Shown: positions 1-10,433, numbered from the stretch's first letter. The stretch: DNA of 32,000 nt from Candidatus Pelagibacter sp. HTCC7211 (GCF_000155895.1 NZ_DS995298.1:1380001-1412000), one strand, 5' to 3'. Notes: generated by a model not told the origin, from the letters alone. Numbers and translations: made by a program.

Positions 1-398
1 ATCTTTTCTAATGTTTTGGGTATAAATTCCTCTAATAATTCATATGTATTAAGTCTTTTTAATTTGGTTTTAAAAAAATAGAACTCTTTGTTATCTATTG
101 TTTTTTTATAAAGATCGTTTTTAGAAATATTGTTTGATCTTATAAATCCTTCTAACGCTATTTCGGGAGCATTTATATTAGGCCCTTTTATTTCTTCAGA
201 TTTTAAAACTACCTGTTTTTGCAGGCCCTCAAACAAAATTATCAATCTATTAGGTGTAGAAAAAGATGAGCCTTTTTTGAAAGAAATTAATCTATCATTG
301 AAGAATTTATTAAAATTACCTAACAAATCTTCTCGTAGATTTTTTTGAAGAGATGAAGGTATTTCTTCACTAAATAACTCTAAGAAAAATTCTGACAT
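1..398 (-). CDS. glyS: Glycyl-tRNA synthetase beta subunit, N-terminal fragment (gene continues beyond the window start)
   Basis: My own minus-strand translation from ATG 398..396 gives MSEFFLELFSEEIPSSLQKNLREDLLGNF..., which matches the conserved GlyS N-terminus. The ATG directly abuts the glyQ stop (TAA, 401..399), the usual glyQ-glyS arrangement. The + strand ORF 130..348 is a shadow of this gene. Confidence 0.85.
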   Translation of the reverse strand, partial: MSEFFLELFSEEIPSSLQKNLREDLLGNFNKFFNDRLISFKKGSSFSTPNRLIILFEGLQKQVVLKSEEIKGPNINAPEIALEGFIRSNNISKNDLYKKTIDNKEFYFFKTKLKRLNTYELLEEFIPKTLEK

Positions 399-1280
399 TT
401 AGCTTTGACTATCTAACCAAATTCCTGCAGCAGCTTTTGTGATATCTCGAATTCTTCCAATATATCCAGCTCTTTGAGCAACACTTATAGCACCTCTGGC
501 ATCTAAAATATTAAATACATGGCTTGCCTTCAAGCACTGATCGTATGCAGGTAATGAAATATTTTTTTCAACAAGAGATTTTGCTTCCATCTCGTGCATA
601 TCAAATATTTTAAATAAATTTTCAATATTTGCATGCTCAAAATTATATGCTGAAAATTCTTTTTCTGCTTGATGAAAAACTTCTTGATACTTTACTCCCT
701 CATCATTCCATAATAAATCGTAAACATTTTTTTTTTGTTGAGTGAACATGCAAATTCTCTCTAATCCATAAGTAATTTCAACTGAAACAGGTTTACATTC
801 AAAGCCAGCCATCTGTTGAAAATAGGTAAATTGTGTTATTTCCATTCCATCACACCAAACTTCCCACCCTAAACCAGCCGCACCTAAAGTTGGGCTTTCC
901 CAATCATCTTCAACAAATCTAACATCGTGTTCGTTATGATCGATACCGATAACTGACAAGCTATTAAGGTATAATTTTTTAATATTTTCTGGTGACGGTT
1001 TAATTAAAACTTGAAATTGATAGTAATGTTGTAATCTATTAGGATTATTTCCATACCTTCCATCTGTTGGCCTTCTTGAGGGTTGAACATAAGCTGCTTT
1101 CCATGGTTTCGAACCAAGAGATCTAAGCGTTGTCGCTGGATGAAATGTACCTGCACCTACTTCCATGTCATAAGGTTGCAAGACAATACATCCTTTTTTA
1201 CTCCAAAATTTTTGAAGATTTAAAATCGATTCTTGAAATGTTTGAATTTTTTGTTTTGGTTTTTTTATTTTAGAAACCAT
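399..1280 (-). CDS. glyQ: Glycyl-tRNA synthetase alpha subunit
   Basis: The ORF translation carries GlyQ hallmarks: [56 protein letters not shown] and [14 protein letters not shown] prefer the second in-frame ATG (1280, MVSKIKK...) because it leaves a shorter leader before the TFQ motif. The longest ORF starts at 1304. Either start overlaps the upstream peptidase gene. Confidence 0.9.
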   Translation of the reverse strand: MVSKIKKPKQKIQTFQESILNLQKFWSKKGCIVLQPYDMEVGAGTFHPATTLRSLGSKPWKAAYVQPSRRPTDGRYGNNPNRLQHYYQFQVLIKPSPENIKKLYLNSLSVIGIDHNEHDVRFVEDDWESPTLGAAGLGWEVWCDGMEITQFTYFQQMAGFECKPVSVEITYGLERICMFTQQKKNVYDLLWNDEGVKYQEVFHQAEKEFSAYNFEHANIENLFKIFDMHEMEAKSLVEKNISLPAYDQCLKASHVFNILDARGAISVAQRAGYIGRIRDITKAAAGIWLDSQS

Positions 1281-2076
1281 ATCTTTGCCAAATCGACCTT
1301 TCATCCAAAATGTTTGCTAATTGATCTACTTGATTATTTGATGAAGAAAGTTTTTGACTTAACCAACCTTTTGTTTTTTCAAATTTTTTAATTATTACAT
1401 CGTCTCCAAATTTTTCTTTTAAAACTTCATGCGCGTTACCAATTCCATCTATCAATCCTAAATCTTTTGCCTTGCTACCTGACCAAAATTCTCCTGAAAA
1501 AAGTTCAACTCCAGATTTATCTAGCTTCAGACCTCTGCTTTTTTCTACAACGTCAATAAAATCTTTGTGTAAATCTATTTGGATTTTTTTTAATCTTTCA
1601 ATATCTTCATTTTTTTCTTCAAGAAATGGATCCAAAGTACTTTTATTTTTTCCTGCAGTATGGACTCTTCTTTCAACACCTATTTTTTTTATCAATTCAG
1701 TAAAGCCAAATGAAGAATAAATTACTCCTATTGATCCAATTATTGAGCTTGAATTTGCATAAATTTCATCTCCAGCACAGGAAATTAAATAACCTCCAGA
1801 GGCAGCTACATCCTCAGCAAACACTATAACCTTTTTTTTATTTTTTTTTGCTTCTTGTCTAATAAAACTATAAATCAAATGTGACTGTACAGGTGACCCT
1901 CCAGGTGAATTGATTGTAATAGCTACAGTGTGAGCTTTTTTAAGCGAAAAAGCCTTTTTTATAACTTCTTCTTGACCAGCAAAGTCAATCCCTTGTTTGA
2001 ATTTTCCAGCATTCCCAATAACTCCATTCAATTTTAGGTGGGCTACTATCTTTTTCTTTTTAAAAAAAGAGAACAT
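1270..2076 (-). CDS. sppA: S49-family serine peptidase (SppA 36K / SohB-like)
   Basis: Motifs [31 protein letters not shown] and IGSIGV are typical of the SppA/ClpP-fold S49 peptidases. The length is 268 aa. Confidence 0.8.
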   Translation of the reverse strand: MFSFFKKKKIVAHLKLNGVIGNAGKFKQGIDFAGQEEVIKKAFSLKKAHTVAITINSPGGSPVQSHLIYSFIRQEAKKNKKKVIVFAEDVAASGGYLISCAGDEIYANSSSIIGSIGVIYSSFGFTELIKKIGVERRVHTAGKNKSTLDPFLEEKNEDIERLKKIQIDLHKDFIDVVEKSRGLKLDKSGVELFSGEFWSGSKAKDLGLIDGIGNAHEVLKEKFGDDVIIKKFEKTKGWLSQKLSSSNNQVDQLANILDERSIWQRYGF

Positions 2077-2189
2077 TTTTATTCCTTATAGAATTATTAA
2101 TTGATTATAAAGCTACTTATAATTGAAGAAAAAGGTGCGTCAATTGATAAGTAATATATAAAACCTAATTATATTAACTTAATAAATTT

Positions 2190-3203
2190 ATGGGAACAGT
2201 AATACAGCTTAAAAATCAAATAAATGATTCTTATTTTCAGCTTAAAGAATCTGTAGAAGATAAACTTGTATTAACTGAGGAAAAAATAAAATTAAAACTA
2301 AATAGTGATGTGGAGTTAGTCCAAAAAATGACTAATTATCATATCAAAACTGGTGGCAAAAGATTAAGAGCTTTATTAACACTCGGTTCAGCAAAATTAT
2401 GTGGATATTCAAAAGGATCTAGAGATGTAAATTTAGCAGCCTGTGTTGAGTTGATACATGGCGCAACCTTGATGCATGATGATGTGATTGATGAGGGGAT
2501 TATTAGAAGAGGCAAAGAAACTTTGAATGAAATTTGGGGTAATCATTCTTCAGTTTTAATTGGTGATTATTTATTAAGTAGATGTTTTGAAATGATGGTA
2601 GAAGATGGAAATTTAGAGGTCTTAAAATTATTATCCTCTACATCGTCTAAAATTGCTCAAGGAGAAGTTTTACAACTTCAGCATAAAGGGGAAGTTGATA
2701 TGCTTGAAGAAACATATCTAAAAATAATATCAGCAAAAACAGCTGAGTTATTTGCAGCATCAACAAAAGTTGGTGCAATATTGTCAGATGTAGATAACAA
2801 AGAAAAAGATGCTTTAGAATTTTATGGAAGAAATCTTGGACTTACTTTTCAAATTGCTGATGATACACTTGATTATAATTCAGAACTTAAAATGTTCGGA
2901 AAAACAGTTGGTCAAGATTTTTTTGAGGGAAAAATTACTTTACCAATAATTTTACTTTTTCAAAAATTGGATTTAATTGAAAAAGAAAATTTAAAGAAAA
3001 TTTTTATTAAAGAAATAAGGGATAAAGATGATTTTGAAAAAACAATTTCTTTAATCAAAAAGTATAAAATTATTGAAGAATGTTATCAAAAAGCTCAGCA
3101 TTATATTAATCTCGCATCAAATGCTTTAACAGTATTTGAAGAATCAAAAGAAAAAAATATTTTTAAAAATCTAACATCTTTTAGTTTGGCTAGAAATTTC
3201 TAA
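2190..3203 (+). CDS. ispB: Long-chain polyprenyl (octaprenyl-type) diphosphate synthase
   Basis: The first Asp-rich motif is LMHDDVIDEGIIRRG and the second is FQIADDTLDY. The N-terminal GGKRLRA motif is present. The length of 337 aa and overall pattern match IspB rather than the short-chain IspA. Confidence 0.85.
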   Translation: MGTVIQLKNQINDSYFQLKESVEDKLVLTEEKIKLKLNSDVELVQKMTNYHIKTGGKRLRALLTLGSAKLCGYSKGSRDVNLAACVELIHGATLMHDDVIDEGIIRRGKETLNEIWGNHSSVLIGDYLLSRCFEMMVEDGNLEVLKLLSSTSSKIAQGEVLQLQHKGEVDMLEETYLKIISAKTAELFAASTKVGAILSDVDNKEKDALEFYGRNLGLTFQIADDTLDYNSELKMFGKTVGQDFFEGKITLPIILLFQKLDLIEKENLKKIFIKEIRDKDDFEKTISLIKKYKIIEECYQKAQHYINLASNALTVFEESKEKNIFKNLTSFSLARNF

Positions 3204-3826
3204 GGACTTAAAAGTGATTGTGACCAAATTCCATTACTATCTTTTGAATACTTAAGTCTTTCATGTATTCTGCTTTCGCCATCAAGCCAAAATTCAATTG
3301 TTAAAGGTGATAAATTCCAACCAGACCAGTGTGAAGGTCTTGGGACATTATTTTGGTCTTCAAATTTTTTTTTATAGTCCTTTATTGAATTTATTAATTC
3401 ATCTCTACTACTTAAAACTTTACTTTGTTTGGAAGCCCAAGCTCCTATTCTACTTTCATAGCCCCTTGTATTATAATATTGATCAGCAACTTTATCAGAT
3501 ACAGATGATACCGATCCGCTAATTCTTACCTGTCTTAAAAGACTTTTCCAATGAAAGCACATGGATGCATTGGGGTTTTCTTTTAACTCAATACCTTTTT
3601 GACTATTTAAATTTGTATAAAATACAAATCCATATTCATTAAAATCTTTTAGCAAAACCATTCTCACTGAAGGCAAATTTTTCTTATCGGATGTTGCTAA
3701 CGCAACTGCATTTGGATCATTAGGCTCTGTTTTTTTAGCTTCATCCATCCATACTTTAAATAACTGCATTGGATCATTCAGATCTAAAAAACAACTATTA
3801 AGCCCAAGTGAGTTTTTTTGATTCAT
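3200..3826 (-). CDS. pdxH: Pyridoxamine 5'-phosphate oxidase
   Basis: PSVRMVLLKDFNEYGFVFYTNLNSQKG, QVRISG and the C-terminal IEFWLDGESRIHERLKY are classic PdxH motifs. The length is 208 aa. Confidence 0.9.
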   Translation of the reverse strand: MNQKNSLGLNSCFLDLNDPMQLFKVWMDEAKKTEPNDPNAVALATSDKKNLPSVRMVLLKDFNEYGFVFYTNLNSQKGIELKENPNASMCFHWKSLLRQVRISGSVSSVSDKVADQYYNTRGYESRIGAWASKQSKVLSSRDELINSIKDYKKKFEDQNNVPRPSHWSGWNLSPLTIEFWLDGESRIHERLKYSKDSNGIWSQSLLSP

Positions 3827-3859
3827 AATTTAAACAAAATAATCTATATAATATAAATA

Positions 3860-4942
3860 ATGTCATTTAATACATTTGGAAAGCAATTTCGTTTTACTAC
3901 ATGGGGAGAGTCTCATGGCCCAGCAATAGGTTGTATCGTAGATGGGTGTCCGCCTAATATCTACTTAAAAGAGCAAGATATTCAAAAAGAATTAGATAAA
4001 AGAAAACCAGGACAATCTAAATTTACAACACAAAGAAAAGAAGACGATAAAGTTCAAATATTATCTGGTGTCTTTGAGGGAAAAACTACTGGAACACCCA
4101 TATCTATGATTATTTATAATAAAGATATGAGATCAAAAGATTATGGAAATATTAAAGATAAATTTAGACCAGGTCACGCTGACCTTACTTATTTCAAAAA
4201 ATATGGGATTAGAGACTACAGAGGAGGAGGACGGTCTTCTGCTAGAGAAACTGCTTCACGGGTTGCAGCTGGTGCAATTGCAAAATTAGTTTTACAGAAA
4301 AAATTTGGAAAAAAATTTGAAGTAATTGGCGCTGTCACTCAATTAGGAATATTAGGTTGTGATACTAATGAGTGGAACGATAAAATAATTAATAAAAATC
4401 CTTTTTTCTGTCCTGACAAATCAATGATAAAAATTTGGGAAAAATATTTACTAGGTGTAAGAAAATCTGGATCTTCATGTGGGGCAATAATAGAAATAAG
4501 AGCAAGAGGTGTGCCTGCTGGACTTGGTGCTCCAATTTACTCAAAATTAGACTCTGACATTGCTTCAGGTTTAATGAGTATAAATGCTGTTAAAGGAGTA
4601 AACATTGGCTCTGGAATGAATTCAGCACAATTAAGCGGAGAACAAAATTCAGATGAAATTTCTCAAACAGGTAAAAAATTAAAATTCAATAGTAATAATG
4701 CTGGTGGAATTTTAGGTGGTATATCTAGTGGTCAAGAAATTATTGCGTCCTTTGCTGTAAAACCAACTTCATCAATTTTAACAAGCAGAAAAACAATTAA
4801 TAAATTTGGAAAAAATACTACTATTTCTGTTAGAGGAAGACATGACCCATGTGTTGGAATAAGGGCAGTTCCAGTTGGAGAAGCAATGATGAATTGTGTT
4901 TTATTAGATCACTATCTGATGCACAAAGCACAATGTGGCTAG
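3860..4942 (+). CDS. aroC: Chorismate synthase
   Basis: N-terminal [27 protein letters not shown], plus [20 protein letters not shown] and RHDPCV. The length is 360 aa. Confidence 0.95.
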   Translation: MSFNTFGKQFRFTTWGESHGPAIGCIVDGCPPNIYLKEQDIQKELDKRKPGQSKFTTQRKEDDKVQILSGVFEGKTTGTPISMIIYNKDMRSKDYGNIKDKFRPGHADLTYFKKYGIRDYRGGGRSSARETASRVAAGAIAKLVLQKKFGKKFEVIGAVTQLGILGCDTNEWNDKIINKNPFFCPDKSMIKIWEKYLLGVRKSGSSCGAIIEIRARGVPAGLGAPIYSKLDSDIASGLMSINAVKGVNIGSGMNSAQLSGEQNSDEISQTGKKLKFNSNNAGGILGGISSGQEIIASFAVKPTSSILTSRKTINKFGKNTTISVRGRHDPCVGIRAVPVGEAMMNCVLLDHYLMHKAQCG

Positions 4943-4944
4943 TG

Positions 4945-6861
4945 CTAATTTTTTACAACCTTTATTGAATCTTTTGTAAATAAGATATCCAATATTTTTT
5001 TTGAGATTTGTGATGAGCTCAAGCCTGCTAATTCATACATATTTTTTGGAGTATCTTGGTCAATAAAACTATCTGGTAATGTCATTGATCGAAACTTTAA
5101 TCCTTTGTCAAAAACACCTGTTTCAGCTAAAAGATTCTTAACATGAGAACCAAAACCACCTATCGATCCTTCTTCAATAGTAATCATAACTTCATGTTCT
5201 CGAGCACACTTTAAAATAAGTTCTCGATCCAATGGCTTTGCAAATCTGGCATCAATAATTGTTGTTGACACACCTTTGCTCTTTAATTCCTCAGCTGCAA
5301 ATTTACATTCTTCCAGTCTTGTTCCCAAACTTAAAATGCAAGCTTGCTTACCCTGTTGAATAATTCTTCCTTTACCTATCTCAATTTTTTCGTCAATTGA
5401 AGGTAATTCAAGTCCAACACCATTTCCTCTTGGATATCTAATAGCACAAGGTTTGTCATTTATATCTACTGATGTATTAATCATTTTTACTAATTCAGCT
5501 TCATCACTTGCAGCCATTACGATAAAGTTTGGTAGTGTTGATAAATAAGTGATATCAAATGAGCCTGCATGTGTAGATCCATCTGCACCAACCAATCCTG
5601 CTCTATCTATTGCAAATCTTACTGGCAGACTTTGAATTGCCACATCATGAACGACTTGATCATAAGCTCTTTGTAAAAAAGTAGAGTAAATTGCCGCATA
5701 AGGCTTATACCCTTCAGTAGCTAAACCTGCTGAAAAAGTTACAGCATGCTGTTCTGCAATTCCAACATCAAACATTCTTTTTGGAAATTCTTTTCCAAAA
5801 ATATCCATTCCTGTGCCACCAGGCATCGCAGCTGTTATTCCAACAATTTTACTGTCTTTTTGAGCATGTTTCACTAATGTGTTAGCGAATACTTTTGTAT
5901 AAGCTGGAAGATTGCTAATACTTTTAATCTGTTCTCCCGTTTCAACATTAAATTTTGAAACACCATGATAGTTGTCTGTGGCCTTTTCCGCATAAGAATA
6001 ACCTTTACCCTTTTGTGTTTTGACATGTATCATTATTGGGCCTTCGTGTTTTGAGTCTCTTGCGTTTTTTAAAATTGGAATTAAATCATTTAAATCATGA
6101 CCATCTATAGGACCAGCGTAATAAAAACCTAATGAGCTAAATAAGGTACCACCAGTAACTGCTGATCTTAAAAAATCTTCAGCTTTACCAGCTTTTGCAC
6201 TAAATCTCTTTGAGAATGCAGATGTAATAAGTTTCAAGGTTTCTCGAAAACTAAAATAAATTTTTCCTGTAAATAATTTTGCTAAATAGGTCCTCATGGC
6301 ACCCACTGGTTTAGCAATAGACATGTCGTTATCATTTAATATGACAATCATTTTAGTTTTAGATGCTCCCGCATTATTCATAGCCTCATACGCCATACCC
6401 GCACTTATTGCACCATCCCCAATTACAGCTATTACATTTGAGGTTTTATTTGCTAATTTATTTGCTTCTGCAATTCCTAATGCAGAAGATATAGAAGTTG
6501 AGCTATGTGCTGCACCAAATGGATCATACTCACTTTCTGATCTTTTTGTAAAACCTGATAATCCATTACCTTGTCTTAATGTTCTAATTTTTTTTTTTCT
6601 ACCTGTTATAATTTTATGCGGATAAGATTGATGGCCAACATCCCATATTAATTTATCATTTGGAGTATCAAAAACATAATGAAGAGCAACTGTCAGCTCA
6701 ACAACACCTAAACCAGCACCAAGGTGTCCTCCAGTTTCAGAAACTGCACTGATCATTTCTTTTCTAACTTCATCGGAAACTTTTTGTAAATCTTTTTCTG
6801 AAATTTTTTTTAAATCAGATGGAAAATTAATATTATCTAAAAATTTATAATTTTGTGTCAT
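4945..6861 (-). CDS. dxs: 1-deoxy-D-xylulose-5-phosphate synthase
   Basis: [38 protein letters not shown], the ThDP motif [18 protein letters not shown], and the AEQHAVTF pyrimidine-binding domain. The gene sits downstream of ispA and xseB as in E. coli. Confidence 0.95.
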   Translation of the reverse strand: MTQNYKFLDNINFPSDLKKISEKDLQKVSDEVRKEMISAVSETGGHLGAGLGVVELTVALHYVFDTPNDKLIWDVGHQSYPHKIITGRKKKIRTLRQGNGLSGFTKRSESEYDPFGAAHSSTSISSALGIAEANKLANKTSNVIAVIGDGAISAGMAYEAMNNAGASKTKMIVILNDNDMSIAKPVGAMRTYLAKLFTGKIYFSFRETLKLITSAFSKRFSAKAGKAEDFLRSAVTGGTLFSSLGFYYAGPIDGHDLNDLIPILKNARDSKHEGPIMIHVKTQKGKGYSYAEKATDNYHGVSKFNVETGEQIKSISNLPAYTKVFANTLVKHAQKDSKIVGITAAMPGGTGMDIFGKEFPKRMFDVGIAEQHAVTFSAGLATEGYKPYAAIYSTFLQRAYDQVVHDVAIQSLPVRFAIDRAGLVGADGSTHAGSFDITYLSTLPNFIVMAASDEAELVKMINTSVDINDKPCAIRYPRGNGVGLELPSIDEKIEIGKGRIIQQGKQACILSLGTRLEECKFAAEELKSKGVSTTIIDARFAKPLDRELILKCAREHEVMITIEEGSIGGFGSHVKNLLAETGVFDKGLKFRSMTLPDSFIDQDTPKNMYELAGLSSSQISKKILDILFTKDSIKVVKN

Positions 6862-7730
6862 CTATCTCTTTTTAAAATATATTCTAATGTATCCTTTATA
6901 TTTTTTGATTTTGAACCATATTTTTTTAAAGTTTTATTAGTATCAATTATTATTCTATCACAGTATTTAACTGCATTAGTATATCCCATTAAACTTATAA
7001 GTGTCGCTTTTCCTTTTTTTTGATCTTTTCCGGTTTGTTTTCCAGCACTTTTGGAATTGCCATGAAAATCTATCAAATCATCAGCTATTTGAAACAAAAG
7101 ACCAATTTTAGAGCCTAAATCTTCAAAGAATTTGATTTCTTGATTATCTTTTTTTTTGATTATTGCTGGGGCAACACAACAGAAACTAAATAATTTTCCA
7201 GTTTTTTTAATCTCCATCTCAATAATTTTTTTTTTAGATACTTTTCTTTTTTCATAACTAAGATCCAAATACTGACCTCCAGCTACTCCTAAATGACCAG
7301 AACACTCTGATAATTTTTTTATTAATTCAATTTTAATTTTATCACCAATCTTTAACTTGGAGCTTGTTAAAATTTCACATGCCATTGTTTGTAAAGAATT
7401 TCCAGCTAATATTGCAGTAGACTCTCCAAATTTAATATGAGTTGATGGCTTTCCTCTTCTAATTTTATCGTCATCCATACATGGTAAATCATCATGAATA
7501 AGTGTATATGCATGAATACACTCAACCGCTGCTCCAATTGCTATTAACGTTTTGTAATCAATGGACATCATTGAGCCAATATCGATTAAAATTTTGGATC
7601 TAATTTTTTTTCCCCCAGGAAATAAACCATACTTCATGGCTAGAATTAATTTAGAATTTTTCTGTTTATTGATAAAATCTTTTAGAAAAATATTTGTGTC
7701 TTTTGCAATCTTATTAAGTTTATTTATCAT
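6858..7730 (-). CDS. ispA: Farnesyl diphosphate synthase (geranyltranstransferase)
   Basis: GGKKIRS, the first Asp-rich motif [20 protein letters not shown], and the second motif FQIADDLID. There is a 4-nt ATGA-type overlap with dxs. Confidence 0.9.
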   Translation of the reverse strand: MINKLNKIAKDTNIFLKDFINKQKNSKLILAMKYGLFPGGKKIRSKILIDIGSMMSIDYKTLIAIGAAVECIHAYTLIHDDLPCMDDDKIRRGKPSTHIKFGESTAILAGNSLQTMACEILTSSKLKIGDKIKIELIKKLSECSGHLGVAGGQYLDLSYEKRKVSKKKIIEMEIKKTGKLFSFCCVAPAIIKKKDNQEIKFFEDLGSKIGLLFQIADDLIDFHGNSKSAGKQTGKDQKKGKATLISLMGYTNAVKYCDRIIIDTNKTLKKYGSKSKNIKDTLEYILKRDR

Positions 7731-7962
7731 TTTTTTTGATTATTGCTTGAATTTTTTTTTTTGTTTCTTCACTTATTGATTTAAAATTTTTATTAAATTC
7801 TTTTTCAATGATTTTATTTAATTTTAACAATTGTTGATAGCTTTCTATAGAATTGTTAAGATCTTTTTCATTTTCTAAAGACTCTATTATTTGATTGGCT
7901 TCATCTGTTAGCTCTTCAAGTGAGCTTGAAATATTATCATGTGGTAAATTTTTATCTTTCAT
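7720..7962 (-). CDS. xseB: Exodeoxyribonuclease VII small subunit
   Basis: An 80-aa helical protein (SLEELTDEANQIIESLENEKDLNNSIESYQQLLKLNKIIEKE) lying immediately upstream of ispA-dxs, the conserved xseB-ispA-dxs operon context. It overlaps ispA by 11 nt. Confidence 0.8.
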   Translation of the reverse strand: MKDKNLPHDNISSSLEELTDEANQIIESLENEKDLNNSIESYQQLLKLNKIIEKEFNKNFKSISEETKKKIQAIIKKNDK

Positions 7963-7979
7963 ATAATAATTATTAATAC

Positions 7980-8912
7980 ATGAAAACTATTCAATCAAAT
8001 ATCAAAAAAGCAAAAAAATATTTAGATAATAATGATTGCATAGCTGTACCAACCGAAACAGTATATGGATTAGCAGGAAATGCATATTCAAATATAGCTG
8101 TAAAAAAAATATTTAAGCTTAAAAAAAGACCATCTAACAACCCCTTAATTGTTCATTATTACAATATTAATAAACTTAAAAACGATTGTAATATTAACGA
8201 AAATTTTAAAAAACTTTATAAGAGATTTTCCCCTGGACCAATAACCTATGTACTTAGTCTAAAAAAAAATTGCAAAATTTCTAAATTTGTAACTAACAAA
8301 CAAAAAAGTCTTGCTGTTCGATTTCCTAAACATCCTCTATTTAAAAAATTACTTAAAAATTTAGATTATCCATTGGCTGCTCCAAGCGCAAATATATCTA
8401 CAAAATTAAGTTCGGTTCAAGCTTCTGATGTTAAAGAGGAATTTGGATCAAAAGTTAGATATATATTAAATGGAGGTAAATGTAATATAGGTGTTGAGTC
8501 AACTATCATTAATCTTACAAATAAACCAACACTGTTAAGGTATGGAGGTCTTGAAATCTCTAGAATAGAAAAAATTTTAAAGAAAAAAATTTCAATTAAT
8601 ATTAATTCCAAAAAAAAAATTGCACCTGGTCAATTTCCTTTACATTATTCTCCTGGAGTACCATTAAGAGTAAATGTTAAAAAATCTAAGTCAAATGAAG
8701 CTTTTGTTTTAATTAAAAAAAGAAATATTAATTCTAAAAATTATTATTATTTAAGTAAAAAGAATAATCTCAATGAAGCAGCAAAAAATTTATATTCCAT
8801 ATTGAGAAAAATTAAAAAAGATGGTTATAAGATGATTGCAGTAGAAAAAATTCCAAATATTGGTATTGGTAAAACAATAAATGATAGATTAAATAGAGCT
8901 TCTAATTACTAA
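7980..8912 (+). CDS. tsaC: L-threonylcarbamoyladenylate synthase, Sua5 type (YrdC domain plus C-terminal Sua5 domain)
   Basis: VPTETVYGLAGNA, KRPSNNPLIVH, AAPSANIST and GVESTIINL motifs. The 310-aa length implies the two-domain Sua5/YwlC form. Confidence 0.85.
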   Translation: MKTIQSNIKKAKKYLDNNDCIAVPTETVYGLAGNAYSNIAVKKIFKLKKRPSNNPLIVHYYNINKLKNDCNINENFKKLYKRFSPGPITYVLSLKKNCKISKFVTNKQKSLAVRFPKHPLFKKLLKNLDYPLAAPSANISTKLSSVQASDVKEEFGSKVRYILNGGKCNIGVESTIINLTNKPTLLRYGGLEISRIEKILKKKISININSKKKIAPGQFPLHYSPGVPLRVNVKKSKSNEAFVLIKKRNINSKNYYYLSKKNNLNEAAKNLYSILRKIKKDGYKMIAVEKIPNIGIGKTINDRLNRASNY

Positions 8913-9650
8913 ATGAAAAATTCAATTGAAGTAATTAATCTGTCTAAATCATACAAATCTAAACAAGCTGTAAATAGTATAAATTTTAAAATAAACGAAA
9001 ATGAAATTGTTGGCTTACTAGGTCCAAATGGTAGTGGTAAAACTACTACAATTGGAATGATACTCGGCTTATTAAAACCAACTAGTGGAAAAGTATTAAT
9101 TAACGGAATAGATATTGAAAAAAATAAAATTTCTCTTCTCCATAAAATGAATTTTATTTCTCCATATATTGAGTTACCAAAAAAACTCAAAGTTAAGCAA
9201 AATTTAATTGTTTATGGAAAATTATATGATATCAAAAATTTAAATGAACAAATTGACTATCTATCTGAGAAACTAAGATTAAATCAACTACTAGATAAAA
9301 TTACAGGAGAACTTTCTTCTGGTCAAAAAAATAGGGTTAGCTTAGCAAAGGCATTAATTAACGATCCCACGATACTTTTACTAGATGAGCCTACGGCATC
9401 TTTAGATCCTGAAACTGGAGATTTTATAAGAACATTTTTAGAAAATTATAAAAAAGAAAAAAAAATAGCAGTTTTACTAGCTTCACACAATATGGATGAA
9501 GTTAAAAGACTTTGTAGTTCTGTTTTGATGATGAAAGATGGGGATATTGTTGATAGAGGTGCTCCAGATGATTTAATTAAAAAACATGGAAGAAAAAACC
9601 TAGAGGAAGTGTTTTTAGAGCTTGTGAGAAATTCAGATGAACTTAACTAG
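8913..9650 (+). CDS. ABC transporter ATP-binding protein (ABC-2 / DrrA-NatA-like exporter subfamily)
   Basis: Walker A GPNGSGKTT, signature LSSGQKNR, Walker B ILLLDEPTASLD, and the H-loop SHNM. The start codon directly follows the tsaC stop. Confidence 0.9.
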   Translation: MKNSIEVINLSKSYKSKQAVNSINFKINENEIVGLLGPNGSGKTTTIGMILGLLKPTSGKVLINGIDIEKNKISLLHKMNFISPYIELPKKLKVKQNLIVYGKLYDIKNLNEQIDYLSEKLRLNQLLDKITGELSSGQKNRVSLAKALINDPTILLLDEPTASLDPETGDFIRTFLENYKKEKKIAVLLASHNMDEVKRLCSSVLMMKDGDIVDRGAPDDLIKKHGRKNLEEVFLELVRNSDELN

Positions 9651-10428
9651 AATTTATGGTCTTTTTTTAAGACACTTTTATTTAATCTCAAGATCGTTTC
9701 CTAGAATATTAGATTTAATTTACTGGCCATCTATTCAGATTACTTTGTGGGGTTTTATTTCAAATTTTTTTGCAGAATATAGCACCTACTATAATGGTGC
9801 AGTTGGCGTGATACTTTCATGTGCAATTCTTTATGATTTTTTATTCAGGACTAGCATAGGTTTTAATATGTTGTTTTTAGAGGAAATATGGAGCAGAAAT
9901 TTTACAAATCTTTTTATTGCTCCAATGAGGATTAGTGAAATTATTACGTCGTTAATCATCACAGCATTAATAAGAGCTTTAATAGGTTTGGTTCCTGCAA
10001 TATTACTAACTTCTCCTATATTTGGAATTTCTTTATTGGATTTAGGTTTGCCATTAGCTTTTCTTTTTTTAAGTTTATATATTTTTGGTATTACACTTGG
10101 ATTATTTGTGTCAGCAGGTTTGTTAAGATTTGGGCCATCATTTGAAAATATCGCTTGGTCTACTATGTTTTTATTAGCTCCCTTTGGATGTATTTATTAT
10201 CCTGTTGAAACACTTCCAGAAATTTTTCAATCAATAGCCTATGCACTTCCACTAGTTTATATATTTGAGGAAAGTAGAAATATACTTGTCAATCAAATAG
10301 TAAATTATGAGAATATTGTACAAGCACTTTGTTTAAATGCTTTATATCTAATCATGGCAATATCATTGTTTTATTATTCTTTTGATAAAGCAAGAGATAA
10401 AGGCACACTAATTAATATTGGAGAATAA
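9637..10428 (+). CDS. ABC-2 type transporter permease
   Basis: A 263-aa polytopic hydrophobic protein with about 6 predicted helices by eye. It overlaps the upstream ATPase gene by 14 nt. The N-terminus RIYGLFLRHFYLISRSFPRILDLIYWP resembles ABC-2 permeases. Confidence 0.8.
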   Translation: MNLTRIYGLFLRHFYLISRSFPRILDLIYWPSIQITLWGFISNFFAEYSTYYNGAVGVILSCAILYDFLFRTSIGFNMLFLEEIWSRNFTNLFIAPMRISEIITSLIITALIRALIGLVPAILLTSPIFGISLLDLGLPLAFLFLSLYIFGITLGLFVSAGLLRFGPSFENIAWSTMFLLAPFGCIYYPVETLPEIFQSIAYALPLVYIFEESRNILVNQIVNYENIVQALCLNALYLIMAISLFYYSFDKARDKGTLINIGE

Positions 10429-10433
10429 ATAAT

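Noticed and set aside
130-348. A 72-aa plus-strand ORF near the window start.
   Set aside because: The minus strand here encodes the recognisable GlyS N-terminus starting at 398, so the plus-strand ORF is a shadow.
2077-2189. The largest intergenic region (113 nt, sppA/ispB divergent) was examined for a riboswitch, sRNA or operator. It contains a repeated AATTGAT and a 7-bp A/T inverted repeat (ATTATAA-N6-TTATAAT).
   Set aside because: It is too short and too AT-rich for any riboswitch class I know. There is no GC-supported stem. The repeats are short A/T words expected by chance. It is most simply two back-to-back promoters.
6296-6625. A 109-aa ORF antisense to dxs. The other short antisense ORFs in the track belong here too: 1472..1720, 3298..3522, 7561..7779, 8417..8611, 8909..9190, 11540..11767, 12049..12249, 13616..13927, 16794..17051, 22669..22929, 24007..24231, 25192..25416, 26576..26764, 26819..27001, 27945..28277, 29062..29313, 29231..29458, 29720..29902 and 30623..30856.
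   Set aside because: Each is fully or largely nested opposite a confidently identified conserved gene. The translations are hydrophobic or low-complexity with no family motifs.
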